A DNA stretch of 64,000 nucleotides from Hemiscyllium ocellatum (GCF_020745735.1 NW_026867447.1:496001-560000); one strand, 5' to 3'; positions 35,432-46,942 are shown, counted from the stretch's first letter. Translations and numbers: made by a program. Notes: generated by a model not told the origin, from the sequence alone.

Positions 35432-35759
35432 AGATTCATCGAAATTCTACAGTGTGTGCAAACAGGCCATTTGGCCCAACAAGTCCACACCCACCCTCTG
35501 AAAAGAAACGCATCCAGACCCATTCCTCTACCCTATTATGCTACGGTTAACCCTGACTAATGCATCTAACCTCCCAATCACTGAACACAACATTTGCAAT
35601 TTCCCCAGCTTGTACAGATTTGGACTGTGGGAGGAAATGCACACAGATATGGGGAGAAAGTGCCAACTCCACACAGACAGTTACCCGAGGCTGGAATGGA
35701 GCCAGAGTCCCTAGCACTGTGAGGCAGCAGCGCTAACCATGGAACCAGCGTGCCGCCCC
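35432..35759 (-). mobile_element. HE1-type SINE
   Basis: Parallel to 6852-7170; head GGGCGGCACG...GGTTAGCGCTGCTGCCTCACAG. Confidence 0.85.
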
Positions 35760-35824
35760 ACTAGGTACCGTGCTGCTGGAAATACCCAACAGCTGGCAGT
35801 ACCCCCGGAGAGAAATCAGAGTGA

Positions 35825-36140
35825 ATCATAGAACATAGAACATCACAGTGCAGTGCAGGCCCTTCGGCCCTCGATGTTGCGCTGCCCTGACATACTAATA
35901 TGAAGCCCATCCCACCTACACTATTCCATGTACATGCATAGGCCTGTCCAATGACAACTTAAATGTACTTAAACTTGGCGAATCTACCACCATTGCAGGC
36001 AAAGCACTCCATACCCTTACTACTCAATGAGTAAAGAAACTACCTCTGCTATCTGTCTTATACCTATCTCTCCTCACTTTAAAGTTGTGTCCCCTCGTGT
36101 TTGCCATCCCCATACTTGGAAATCAGGTCCAGTGAGCCTT
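35825..36140 (-). mobile_element. CR1 3' fragment
   Basis: Same tail as 9100-9400 (ATAGAACATAGAACATCACAGTGCAGTGCAGGCCCTTCGGCCC). Confidence 0.85.
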
Positions 36141-36599
36141 CCTCACTTATCAATGCAAGACAGAATGTTCTCTCTGGGAGGAAGGTCACTGCAGCAGCAG
36201 CAGCAGCACAGGCAGGAGCTGTGCACTGGGACGGGGAGGATGGCTGCCACGGCTGAACTCAGGCCAATTGTCTGGAAGTTGAAACATCTAATTTACAATG
36301 ATCTGAATTCTGGAGGCCTCTGAAAAATGGAGGACCATTAAAGTTCAGAGACTTTGGAGTGTTACAGCTGAGTATTTATGTAAATATGATTTGAGAAATG
36401 AACAAGTAATCTTTAACTTTAATAACTATCAAACTGATACGCAGTTCACCACCAAACCTCATCTCTCAGACTAACCACTGCACTTACTCTGCCTAGACCT
36501 AAATTTCCACTCACATTGACAAACCCCACCCTGCTATACACCCATTCATGCCCGGAACACACAACCCCCTATCACACAAAACACATCCAAGGCAATCCA

Positions 36600-37265
36600 T
36601 ATTGACAGTGTAGCTGAGCAGAGAGATCTCGGTGCCCATGTACACAGATCCCTAAAAGTTGCCAGCCAGTTTGATAGAGTTGTTAAGAAGGCATACTTTG
36701 TGCTGGCTTTCATCGATAGAGGGACTGAGTTTCAGAACCACTAGGTTAGGTTGCAGCTGTACAAAACTCTGGTGTGGCTGCACTTGGAGTATTGTGTACT
36801 GTTCTGGTCGCCACATTATAGAGAGAATGTGGAAGCTTTGGAAGAGTTCAGAGGAGGTTTACCAGGATGTTGTTTGGTATGGCGGGAAGGTTTAATGAGG
36901 AAAGGATGAGGGTCTTGAGGCTGTTTTTGTTTGAGAGAAGAAGGTTGACTTAATTGAGACATAAAAGATAAACAGAGGGTGGACAGTGAAAGTCTTTTTC
37001 CTTGAATAGTGATGGCTAGCAGGAGAGGACATAGATGACAGATGTCAGAGGTTGTTTCTTAACTCAGAGAGTGGTAGGGGCATGGAACGCACTGCCTGCA
37101 ACAATAGTACACTCGCCCACTTTAAGGGCATTTAAAAGGTCATTGGATAAACATATGGATGAAAATGGAATAGTGTAGGATAGATAGGCTTCAGATTTTT
37201 ACACTGACCTGTGGAATCATCGAGGGCTGAAGGGCCTGTACTGCACAGTAATGTTCTATATTCTA
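36600..37265 (+). mobile_element. CR1 3' portion
   Basis: Parallel to 5570-6195. Confidence 0.88.
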
Positions 37266-37884
37266 TATTCCAGATGGACATATGATCTCAATTCCTTTCA
37301 GTCATTTACACTCCTGCCGCCCTGTACCTGGTCCATGGTGAACCTGGCCCTGACTGGACCTGACACCATCATTTCCACAACCTCTGACAAAAGCCCACTA
37401 CCCAAGACATGACCTCAGCCCTTGATCACTGACCTCTCACCTTACCCAAGACAACCTGTGCACATTGCATCCTAGCTCCTTTGGCATCTGTGCTTTACAA
37501 CCTACCATTTTGCCAGACTCTGAGCTTTGCATTTTGACAACACGTCCACCTGTCACTTCATTACAGTGACCTTCCACCCCCTGAAACATCCTGGCACCCT
37601 GCCCATCTCTACACTAACCAGCCTGGCATCCTGCCCACCTCTCCATAAACCAGCCTGGCAAAGACAGACCTCCTGCATTTCAGCTCAAACTACCCCTCAC
37701 CTACCAAGCACAATTCGACCAAATTATCCTGTGACCATTACCATTTCCCTTGATGCCACCTTGCCAGACAGAGTGCACGCAAGCTTACCCAGCAGCCAGC
37801 CTACCAGCCCAAACTTTCCCACATGCCCAATCTAGCCCCTCACTTGCTCACCACCTTCCAACTTTGAGCCTATCCACCATAAAG

Positions 37885-38200
37885 TCAGTGAGACATAAAG
37901 TCGTACAGCACCGAAACAGTTCCCTTGGTCCAGCCCATCCATGCTGACCAGAGTTCCCAAATTAAACTCATTCCACTTGCCTGCCTTTGGCCCATATCCA
38001 TCCAGACCTATCCAGTTCCTGTAGCTGTTCAAATGGCTTCTCAATGTGGGACCTAGCTCTGCATTTACCACTTCCTCTGGCAGTTCATTCCAATGTTTTG
38101 GACAATTACAACATGAAGCCCTAACTCCTGCACTCAGTGCTCTGACCAATGAAGGTACGTGCGCCAAACACCTTCAACACACTAGGTACTTGAGACAACG
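37885..38200 (-). mobile_element. CR1 3' fragment
   Basis: Minus-strand ORF piece KHWNELPEEVVNA...WIGLDGYGPKAGKW. Confidence 0.75.
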
Positions 38201-38761
38201 CTTTCAAGAATCTATGAGTCTTGAATCTATGAATTTCTGTGGTGGAGAATTCCAAACGAATTCACCATTCTTGTGTTGAACAGTAAACAATCAGGTTCAA
38301 TGTTATCAGTGTGTTGGGAAGATTGATGAGCAGCAAGATTAATGATGATCCCATGAATGGAATAGCCTTCTAGAGAGGCCGAGATGCCTTCTTCAGCTTC
38401 CATTTTGCATGCTGACATGTCCCTTCGGCAGCATATTCCAAAATTGTGATCCTTGAGGATAAGGGCACACATGCATGTGAAGCTTTCCTCCATATCAGAC
38501 TTCAACTTAACTCTCAACTATTTCCCTGCCCGTTTCCTCTTCCTCAATCACAGCCATGGGACTCACTTCCTAACAGCGCTGTGAATATGCTAATACCACA
38601 CAAACTTCAGCAATTCAAATAGACTGATGACAACTTGTTTCTCAAGGCGATATAAAAGTCTGACACTTCCACACCTGTCTCGAGATTCAAACAACCACTA
38701 GAAGAATTGAAAATTATTTGAGGCACTTGTGTGTCTACACAAGATGACATGATTTCCTTTT

Positions 38762-38965
38762 TTTAAAAATCACACAACACCAAGTTATAGTCCAACAGGT
38801 TTAATTGGAAGAAAACTAGCTTTCGGAGTGACGCTCCACTATCACCTGATAAAGGAGCGTCACTCCAAAAGCTAGTGTGCTTCCAATTAAACCTGTTGGA
38901 CTATAACCTGGGGTTGTGTGATTTTTAACTTTGTACACCCCAGTCCAACACCAGCATCTCCAAAT
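38762..38965. mobile_element. Fold-back PLE mini-element (75-bp arms, 16-nt loop), 14-bp TSD (1 mismatch)
   Basis: Arms 38763-38837 and 38854-38928. CATG(A/G)TTTCCTTTT at 38748-38761 and 38966-38979. Confidence 0.85.
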
Positions 38966-39064
38966 CATGGTTTCCTTTTGAGTGATTTGACTGTGTTTTC
39001 ACTGAATGAACAGAGCTATTTCTTAATCATATAATAGGAATGAAGCTTCCCTCATTTTTAGCAA

Positions 39065-39265
39065 CTGCTGAAAATGTATTGCTGGAAAAGCGCAGCAGGT
39101 CAGGCAGCATCCAAGGAGCAGGCAGCATCCAAGGAGCCCTTCCTGAAGAAGGGCTCATGCCCGAAACGTCGATTCTCCTGCTCCTTGGATGCTGCCTGAC
39201 CTGCTGTGCTTTTCCAGCAACACATTTTCAGCTCTGATCTCCAGCATCTGCAGTCCTCACTTTCT
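39065..39265. mobile_element. Fold-back PLE mini-element with hammerhead motif, 15-bp TSD
   Basis: CCTCATTTTTAGCAA at 39050-39064 and 39266-39280. CTGAAGA-A-GGGC-TCAT-GCCC-GAAA-CGTC at 39143-39170. Confidence 0.85.
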
Positions 39266-41984
39266 CCTCATTTTTAGCAAGGCAATCACACATTATATTT
39301 CTTGATTCCAGGGAAGTATAGTGTTAAATTAATGAAATATGATGATTGGGATGTTTCAATTGGAAATTGTCAGATATTTAAAGTTTACTTTCATGAGCAA
39401 TTAATCCCAGCCTCATTGTGTCACAGTACTCACAGGAATGTCTTTCAGAAATGGTGTCTCCCTTTGTTATGGGCAGTCAAATCAGTAAATCTGGGATAGT
39501 TTTTGCTTGTTAAACAAAGGTGTTAAAGAGCTTTAGCCAAAGGGAGACCTGTGGATTGAGCTCACAGATGCACCATGATCTAAGTAAGTGGGGGAACAAC
39601 TAGAGGGGCTGAGTGCCCTCCTCTTGTTCCTACCTTCCTATCATTGTGTCATTCATTAAGCTAGCACTGGCCGTGAATACTTTTTATTAAAATATTTCGA
39701 TAAATTAATTGTTTCACACATGCTTTAAAAAAAACTTCTGTTGATTATTTTGAACGGGATCACTGACATTCTCTATTTGAGTGATCAAAATAACTTCCAC
39801 CCAATTACAGCAGCCACTGCACTCTGCAGTGTGTTGTTACTTCATAATAGTTTCTTGTGAAACTACAGCTCGAGATCAGGGCACTCAAATTCAATAATAT
39901 CTCTGAACATTTGCAATTTGTTCAAATGCATCTTTCTCTGAAGAACGTGTTTAATCGAACAGAACGTTTTTCAATGAAACAACAAACTTTAAATGCTAGA
40001 AAACCAAAATAAAGACAGAAACTTCTGAAGAAACTCAGCAGGTCTAGCAGCTCCTGTGGAGAGAAGGCAAGGTTAACCTTTCCCATCCAGAGACCCCCTC
40101 TTCACCAAATTGTTTTCATGTTTTTGGCACAAGAGCTCACACCCGTTGAGATAAACAGTGATTCCGTTGGCTTGACTCCTGTTGGAAAAAGGATTCTTAG
40201 CAGAGGTACTGGATGGTCTGAGATAGCAATGGAAGACCAACTGAAAAGCTATCACCATCTGCTGCAAGTGTTGGATTCAACGGAAACCCCCACAGTACTG
40301 AACAATCAAATTCAGCTACAGCACTGGTTTAATATAAAGTAAAACAGCCTAAGCAAAATCTCATCAAATATACTTTGAAAATGTTTCATTCGGGATTATT
40401 TATAAATGATATTGTTAGAACAGCAAGTCAAAAGCTGGGATTTCTTTGAGCACTTACTCCATTAACCCCATCTAGCGATGCCCAAAAGCTTGTGAACAAA
40501 TATTGATCTGGAAAAAGCTGCTAACCACCAAAATTCTGTTTAATGTCTAAGAGACACAAGTCAGGACAGCGATTGAATAGATTTCACTGGCCTCTGTGAG
40601 TGGAATTCCAACAAACACCCAAACATCTCAATCTGCTTTCTTGTACTGAAGTAACCTGATAAGAGATGGTGTTACATACCTCTCTAACAGGTTGTAAGTG
40701 AACACAGGCCACCTGGCACAGAATCAGGGACCCTACCACAACATCACAACAGACCTGAACACAATGAGCTCGACACTATCACGGAGAACACAGCTCACCT
40801 GTTTTGACAGTTTATAAACCATGTTAGTTATTAACACCTTCCAACAACCAGGGATTGTTCCAGAATGTTTGTACAATGAAAGTAACATTTCAACATTTAT
40901 CCAAGAATACTTTGACAGCTGCTCCAAATTGTTCAAACTCGATGGGAACTACAGAGCAATAAAACTAGGAATTGCATTGCCATCAATTCACTGTCACTAG
41001 ATTCCAACCTCGAACTCCCTTCCTCTTTCCCCTGTGAATGTTGCTGCACCAGACGGTCTACTTAGTTTGAAAAAGATTAAAATGTTTTGAAGTGTAATAA
41101 GACCATTGCCAGTAACATTAAAAGCTGATAATAAGTTTTCAAATAATAAGATGCAAAAAAAATTCTGATTTTACATTGTGCCACGAAACATCTCCTGCAT
41201 AACTGAGGCACAAAGAAAATATGCAGCATATTTCCCTCTGCCTCGCTCAATCAAATATCTCTTGTTGTCAACAACCAATTTCAAAACTCTTGCTATCTGC
41301 CTTTTGTTCCTGAAACGTTCGTTCTGATTGGAACAACTTAGTCAGGGCTCTCAATTCTGAGGCACCTAATCAAATATTGTATTTCTGGCAGATAAAAGTG
41401 GTTTTGAAGCGCGAGATAAAATTGAACTGTCTGAGATTCAGGTATCCGAACTGGACAATTTATAAATGGTCAGGACCGTGGACAAGTTAGTCAGAGATAG
41501 CACTGAAACAAACTGTACAACAGACTTAATCCCAGAGGATACATTGCTCAACTCCTCACGTCAAATATATTCACTGTAATTGAATATTCATCAGAGGAAC
41601 TAACCAGTGGATTAATGTGAACGAGAATGTGTTCACAATGAACATAAATAACCACTGAGTTCATAAACTTAATAAGTCATTGTATTTAACAAAATTATTG
41701 AGGTGGGAAATATCGCCAATTAAAGCACAGATCTGGAGGAAATGGATTATTCTCTAAATTATTTTTACATATTCTTAAAACGTTCCTCGAATTGTGGAGA
41801 TTTTGCATGCACTGCATAAACAATACTGCATTCCAGTGTGGAAAGCATTTCTGTTGAAGGAATTAGGGCAAGGTTATTTTCTTGTTAACTGCTTGTAATG
41901 AACTAAAATGTTGAAAAAGGTATGAATTGAAAACATGCTTCTGTCTGGAGTTGCCCACTTTAACGGATGTCTAAGTAAATGTGG

Positions 41985-42270
41985 GCACTGCTGCCTCACA
42001 GATCCAGGTACCCAGGCTCGGTTCCAGCCTCGGGTGACGGCCTATGTGGAGTTTACACAATCTCCCCTGTGTCTGTGTGGATTTCCTCCCAAAATCCAAA
42101 GATGTGCAAGTCAGGTGAACTGGTCATGCTATATTGTCTATAGTGTTAGGTGCATCAGTCAGGGGTAAATATAGGGTAGGGGAATGGGTCTGGATGGGTT
42201 CCTCTTCAGAGGGTCGGTGTGGACTTGTTGGGCCAAATGGCCTGATACATACTGCAGGAAATCTAATCTA
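41985..42270 (+). mobile_element. HE1-type SINE (5' end clipped)
   Basis: GCACTGCTGCCTCACAG ... GGACTTGTTGGGCC ... ATCTAATCTA. Confidence 0.85.
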
Positions 42271-42512
42271 AATGATTGTCACACTGAACTAATGTGAGCA
42301 GATTCCTTCAGATCGCTACATTGCAATAAATCGATCAAGTATATTAATTAAAATAAATATTACTCTATTTTCAGTGTTTGAATAAACAATGTGCTCTGTT
42401 ATCCTCTAGTTCATGTCTTCTGCAAATTTGTGAACTCTGCATACGCCTGAACACATCGATGTAAAATGAATTTTCTGCGTTTGCAGCAAGTACTCCCATG
42501 GTTTTAAGAGGA

Positions 42513-42857
42513 GAGTTCCTACAGTATGGAAACAGGCCATTTGGCCCAACAATTCCACACTGACCCTCTGAACAGTAAGTAGCCCACCCAGACCCATTCC
42601 CCCTAATTTATATTTGTCCTTGACTAATGCACCCTAACCTAGACATCCCTGAACACTATGGCTGTGCTAAACTGCACAATCACCTGACCTGCACATCTTT
42701 TGGACTGTGGTAGGAAACCACAGCGCCCGAAGGAAACCCACACAGACACAGGGAGAATGTGCAAACTCCACACAGGCAGTCACCCGAGGGTGGAATCAAA
42801 TTTGGGACCCTGGCGCTGTGAGGCAGCAATGCCAATCACTGAGCCACCATGCTGCCC
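42513..42857 (-). mobile_element. HE1-type SINE
   Basis: Reverse-complement copy, tail-to-tail with 41985-42270. Confidence 0.85.
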
Positions 42858-44469
42858 TGGAGTTCATGAGTGGATTACTTTAATTAATTCGAAATTTGGT
42901 TGGTAACATAATTCACTATAGCAGTTGTTTCCCGAAGAATGACTCTTCAGTTGATATTTTGTTGTAAAATGTAACTATTTATTTAAAATGCACAGATTGG
43001 GAACACCGAAAGCACTGTGCAGGTTAAATAATTCAGTTAATGTTTTATTTTTATCCTGCAAATCCAGTTTAATCAGGGACATAACAATTAATTAACTCAA
43101 GTTATATGTGAAACTGATCAAAGCAGTGAAACTGATCTGTTCTTCATAGAATTGAGCAGAATTTCCAAATGGTCTTTGCCAATGATCTTTTCCAGCCAGA
43201 AAATATGTATGTAGTGTACAGCGGAATTGAAAGGTGTTTCTTGATCAATTATAGCACAGTCATGGTATTTTTGCTCAAGAGCAAGAACTATTAGAACATT
43301 AGACTTTTGAAGTTCTATTTATATTTCTCTATGACTTGTAAACTGTTTAAAGACAGACCTTGTGATTGAACTAGATAGTTGAGTTTCGAATTTGGATTGT
43401 AAAGCATGGATTAGATTAATCCTTAATTATTTATTTTAAGTAAAAATAGCACCTGAAGGTATCTGTTTTCCCTTCATTTCTAAAACCTGTGCGATTTGCC
43501 TTTCACTTTATAATAGACTTTATGAAATTTTAACTCGCATGCTGATTGCATTGAATGAGGAAAGAGCAGTTCACTGTCACCAACCGTGTTAACATTGCAA
43601 AAACAATGTAGAAACCAGAAACGGTTTCCCAAATATAACACATTTAATGTTACCCAAGCACAGTCCCTCCTCAACAGATCAACGATCACCAGATCACAAC
43701 ACGGTATGTTTGCAGCAGAACTAGCTCTGCAAACATTTTCAACAGAATCAAGAACATGATGTCACCTCACAAATAAAACCAAATTGAAGTCTAACAAAGC
43801 TGCTCAGAATCAAGCAAACTAATGATTAAATTGAATAGAAATAACAGGTCATAATAGCAACCTTGTTTGTGAGGGGACTTAACACTTAAAGCTGTAACGT
43901 TTCTGGCAATAGTTCAATTTATTTCTAACCTGCACACCCTTCCTGATCATGACAATCTTGTGCAGCGCACAGTAGAGTGGGGTTGAAGGCATATATTGAT
44001 TAATCACCTCATGGTCAAAACAAAATTACTGAATGGACAAATATTACCACATTATAATTTTAAGTTAGTTTCAATTACGTGATCTGATCAATTCTGCAGT
44101 TTCAGATTTAGGTCCCAAATTTTATTTTGAATGAGGCTACTCAAAACAAAAGTCAGTTAGTTTACAATTAGAACGGAGTTTTTTTTAAAAAGTCAATCCA
44201 TTAAAAACTCGTTTTTTTTCATTTCTCACACATCTGGGTTTCTGCCTTAAGTTGTTTTTCAGACCGTTACAAATGGATGTCCTGTTTTCAATCAAGCAGA
44301 GAAAAATGTGTCATATAAGTTTAACAAATGCAGAAATGATTCATGAAAAACAAAAGAACTTCACAAATATTGGTAATGAAAAGTATTCCAGAGAGTCAAT
44401 CTCCTCACCAGAAAGAAAACATCGATTCAGAAAGCATGAAAACGCAGATCAATTTCACAAACTGAATAA

Positions 44470-44755
44470 GAATCCAATCAACTCAATTCAACAGAATCAA
44501 GGAAAATAAAATCAGAATCCAATCAACTCAAAACAACAGATTTGAATGAAACATAATCAGAATCCAACCAATTCAATTCAACAGAATCAAATAAAACAAT
44601 TTCAAAAGTCAATCAACACAATTCAACAAAACCAAGTAAAAACAAAGTCAGAATCCAATCAACACAGTTCAACCCGAATCAACTAAAACAAAGCCAAAAT
44701 CCAATCAACTCAATTCAACAGTAAAACAAACTCCGAATCTAATCAACAGAATGCA
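44470..44755. repeat. Degenerate 45-46-bp minisatellite, ~6.5 units, in the J-C intron
   Basis: GAATCCAATCAACTCAATTCAACAGAATCAA-type units starting at 44470, 44515, 44560, 44605, 44651, 44697, 44735. Confidence 0.9.
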
Positions 44756-45265
44756 ATATAGCACCGCAAGAAACTTTGATGACAGTTTCTAACCTGCTTG
44801 TCATCAACAAAATTAACAAAATAAATGAGAAAATATAATCATGGTAAGAACATATATTCAAGAAATGAATAATGATATTTTAGCATATTTTAGTCATGTT
44901 TGGTAATATCTTGAACATTTTTGAATTTGTAGCATTTGTTGTTGATAATAAAACTCACAGTCAGGGTGTCACTGACATTAAACATTATTTATAGCTGACT
45001 GATTAAGAGACATTAGGTGTTTCAAGTGACCCAGCCACATAGAATGTCCATCTGATCAAAAAAAAGAGATACACTGAGCAAATGACTCCATCATCACCAT
45101 TTTAACTATTTGCTGAGCCTTAACTGAAGTCTATAATCAGTCTGAACAAAAATCAATCCGAACCAAACCAAACTCAGCACAGAATCTGAGTTTCATTTAA
45201 TTCAGAAATTAGTCACATGAATAGAAAGTTTTTAAAAAGTCACTAAGAATGGTCAAAGTTCTTAC

Positions 45266-45313
45266 CTGAAGTCACTGTCACCATGGTCCCTTGGCCCCAG
45301 TAGCCAAGATAGT
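45266..45313 (-). CDS. IGHJ: JH gene segment
   Basis: AC TAT CTT GGC TAC TGG GGC CAA GGG ACC ATG GTG ACA GTG ACT TCA G|GTAAG = YLGYWGQGTMVTVTS. Confidence 0.98.
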
Positions 45314-45352
45314 CACAGTGTTACATTCTCTGGACTGGATCACACAATAACT
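45314..45352. promoter_or_regulatory. JH 23-bp-spacer RSS
   Basis: CACAGTG (45314-45320), 23 nt, ACAATAACT (45344-45352). Confidence 0.95.
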
Positions 45353-45679
45353 AGCTCTGCATAAAACAAATCAAACATCTACCATCATTTTAAATTTTCA
45401 GAACCACAGGCAAAATAAAGTCACGATAAATCTTCATCACATAATTGCGCGAGTGAATTTTGATCATTCTTGATAAATTTTAATACTGTTTTATACTTCA
45501 CAGAGTAACCCATCAGCTGATTCTCAAAATCCCCAACTGGTGTATCAATAATTACCCAACACTTTTACAAATTAAATAGTGATACTGGCATAAAACCCCA
45601 CAGAACTAATACTGCACTGCAAGTAAAGACGGTTTGTAGAAGTAATCACTGACTAGTTTCAAACAATGGAGGCTGAATA

Positions 45680-45707
45680 GGTTTTTGTATTGATCATAAT
45701 TGCAGTG
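45680..45707. promoter_or_regulatory. D 3' 12-bp-spacer RSS
   Basis: Minus strand CACTGCA, 12 nt, ACAAAAACC (consensus nonamer). Confidence 0.92.
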
Positions 45708-45722
45708 TCACCCCAGCTATAT
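45708..45722 (-). CDS. DH gene segment (D2 type, 12/12), ATATAGCTGGGGTGA
   Basis: 15 nt between two 12-bp RSSs. Reading frames give I* (stop), YSWG and IAGV. Confidence 0.92.
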
Positions 45723-45750
45723 CACTGTGAGACACGTTGTGTCAAATACT
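45723..45750. promoter_or_regulatory. D 5' 12-bp-spacer RSS
   Basis: Plus strand CACTGTG, 12 nt, TCAAATACT. Confidence 0.85.
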
Positions 45751-46053
45751 ATGACAGACTGTAAACTGTAAAATGCAAATAATTTCTTCACTTCCTAGAA
45801 AGCAGTGGTTCAGACTCCTCGAAAAATGATTTGGTGCATTATTTCAGCTTTTACTATTCATTGTATTTTGAAAGCTTGGAATACTTTTCCAGGTTTGGTC
45901 TGCATTTAACTTGACAATCAACACGAAGAAGGTAGAAAACAATTATACATTTGTACAAACTAGCACGACTGGATTGTGTTTAAATTGCATCTCACATTAT
46001 TTCTCGCTCCTGCCACGGTAGAAATCACCAATTTGAGATAAATCCTTGTCAGT

Positions 46054-46091
46054 GGTTATTGTATGAGGATGTCGCTGTGCACAACACTGTG
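46054..46091. promoter_or_regulatory. 22-bp-spacer RSS 3' of V(D)
   Basis: Minus strand CACAGTG (46091-46085), 22 nt, ACAATAACC (46062-46054). Confidence 0.95.
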
Positions 46092-46401
46092 ACCCACTCT
46101 CTTGCACAGTAATAGATGGCGGTGTCTTCGATCTTCAGGTTAGTCATCTCCAACGCGAAAATGTTCTTTGAAGTGTCTTTGGACGCACTAAATCGATCCT
46201 TAATCGCTGGTGCATAGTTATTGCTGGATGAACTATAGTAGTACACCAGCCACTCCAGACCCTGGCCGGGAACCTGGCGGACCCAGCTCATGAAGCTGCT
46301 GCTGAGATCGAACCCGCTGGTTTTACAGGTCAGTTTCAGGCTGCCTTTGGAATGGCCAGTCTCTGCCTCTGGCTGGGTCAAAACAACCTCCGACTGGACA
46401 C
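46092..46401 (-). CDS. IGHV: VH exon (open), ending in a probable pre-joined D1 remnant
   Basis: TAAAG|GTGTC acceptor. [51 protein letters not shown]...RFSASKD...[12 protein letters not shown], with both Cys and the FR2 Trp present. Confidence 0.98.
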
Positions 46402-46530
46402 CTTTAAAAAAGACAAGAAATAAACCATGAGCGTTAATGCTGATGAAAGGATGGCTGTGCCTTTTACATTCCTGAGGTAGACTAACATTGAGACAGCAAC
46501 AAAGACAGACTTAAACAAAAAAACACTCAC

Positions 46531-46579
46531 ATGATAAGAAAGTCAGTAATAAACTGAGAAAAATTGTCGACACAATCAT
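46531..46579 (-). CDS. IGHV: VH leader exon
   Basis: ATG at 46579; MIVSTIFLSLLLTFLS-T|GTGAG donor, 129-nt intron; splices to give ...LSCVQS. Confidence 0.95.
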
Positions 46580-46665
46580 TCTGATAACTTCTGGGAAGCG
46601 GTTCTGTCAAGATCTTTCTAAACAAAGCCGATCCCGGAGTGTTGAATTACGGTCCAGTGCCTAGG

Positions 46666-46771
46666 ATTTATATGGCTATCGGAAAGGGCAGGCTCACAGC
46701 TTCCGCCTGTTGGTTTCCTGCTGGAGACTGAGACTGGATCCTGGTCTCAGCTTGCACAGCCCCAACACATG
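46666..46771 (-). promoter_or_regulatory. Putative VH promoter (TATA, ETS-like sites, E-box; no octamer)
   Basis: TATAAAT 46666-46672, GGAAG 46700-46704, CAGGAAA 46714-46720, CACATG 46766-46771. No ATGCAAAT seen in the proximal 300 bp. Confidence 0.6.
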
Positions 46772-46942
46772 GGCGCATGTCTTTACCAGGTTACGCTTAA
46801 ACATGGATATATACACATCTTGGGATATTTATTTTGCTGAGTAGCTTCTTTGGGAGTGTTTTTTTTTAAAATGGTGGAAGTAAAATTGAGTACCTTCAGG
46901 TCTATTTCACATGATAGTTGCAAGTATTTTGTTTTAAAATAA

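Noticed and set aside
43684-43731. Relic second J RSS (shares AACTAGCTCTGCA with the JH nonamer flank)
   Set aside because: No heptamer at the right spacing and no WGxG coding remnant.
45773-45780. Octamer ATGCAAAT next to the D RSS
   Set aside because: Other copies occur at 57969 and 58908 in unremarkable AT-rich DNA; the frequency is compatible with chance.
45751-46053. A free D1 segment between V and D
   Set aside because: I found no heptamer-spacer-nonamer pair; CACGGTA at 46014-46020 lacks a nonamer at 12 or 23 nt.
25197-46579. IgW, IgNAR or IgM1gj identity
   Set aside because: There are four C exons with IgM-type sequence and tailpiece, a conventional VH with CH1, Cmu2 is present, and D and J are unjoined.
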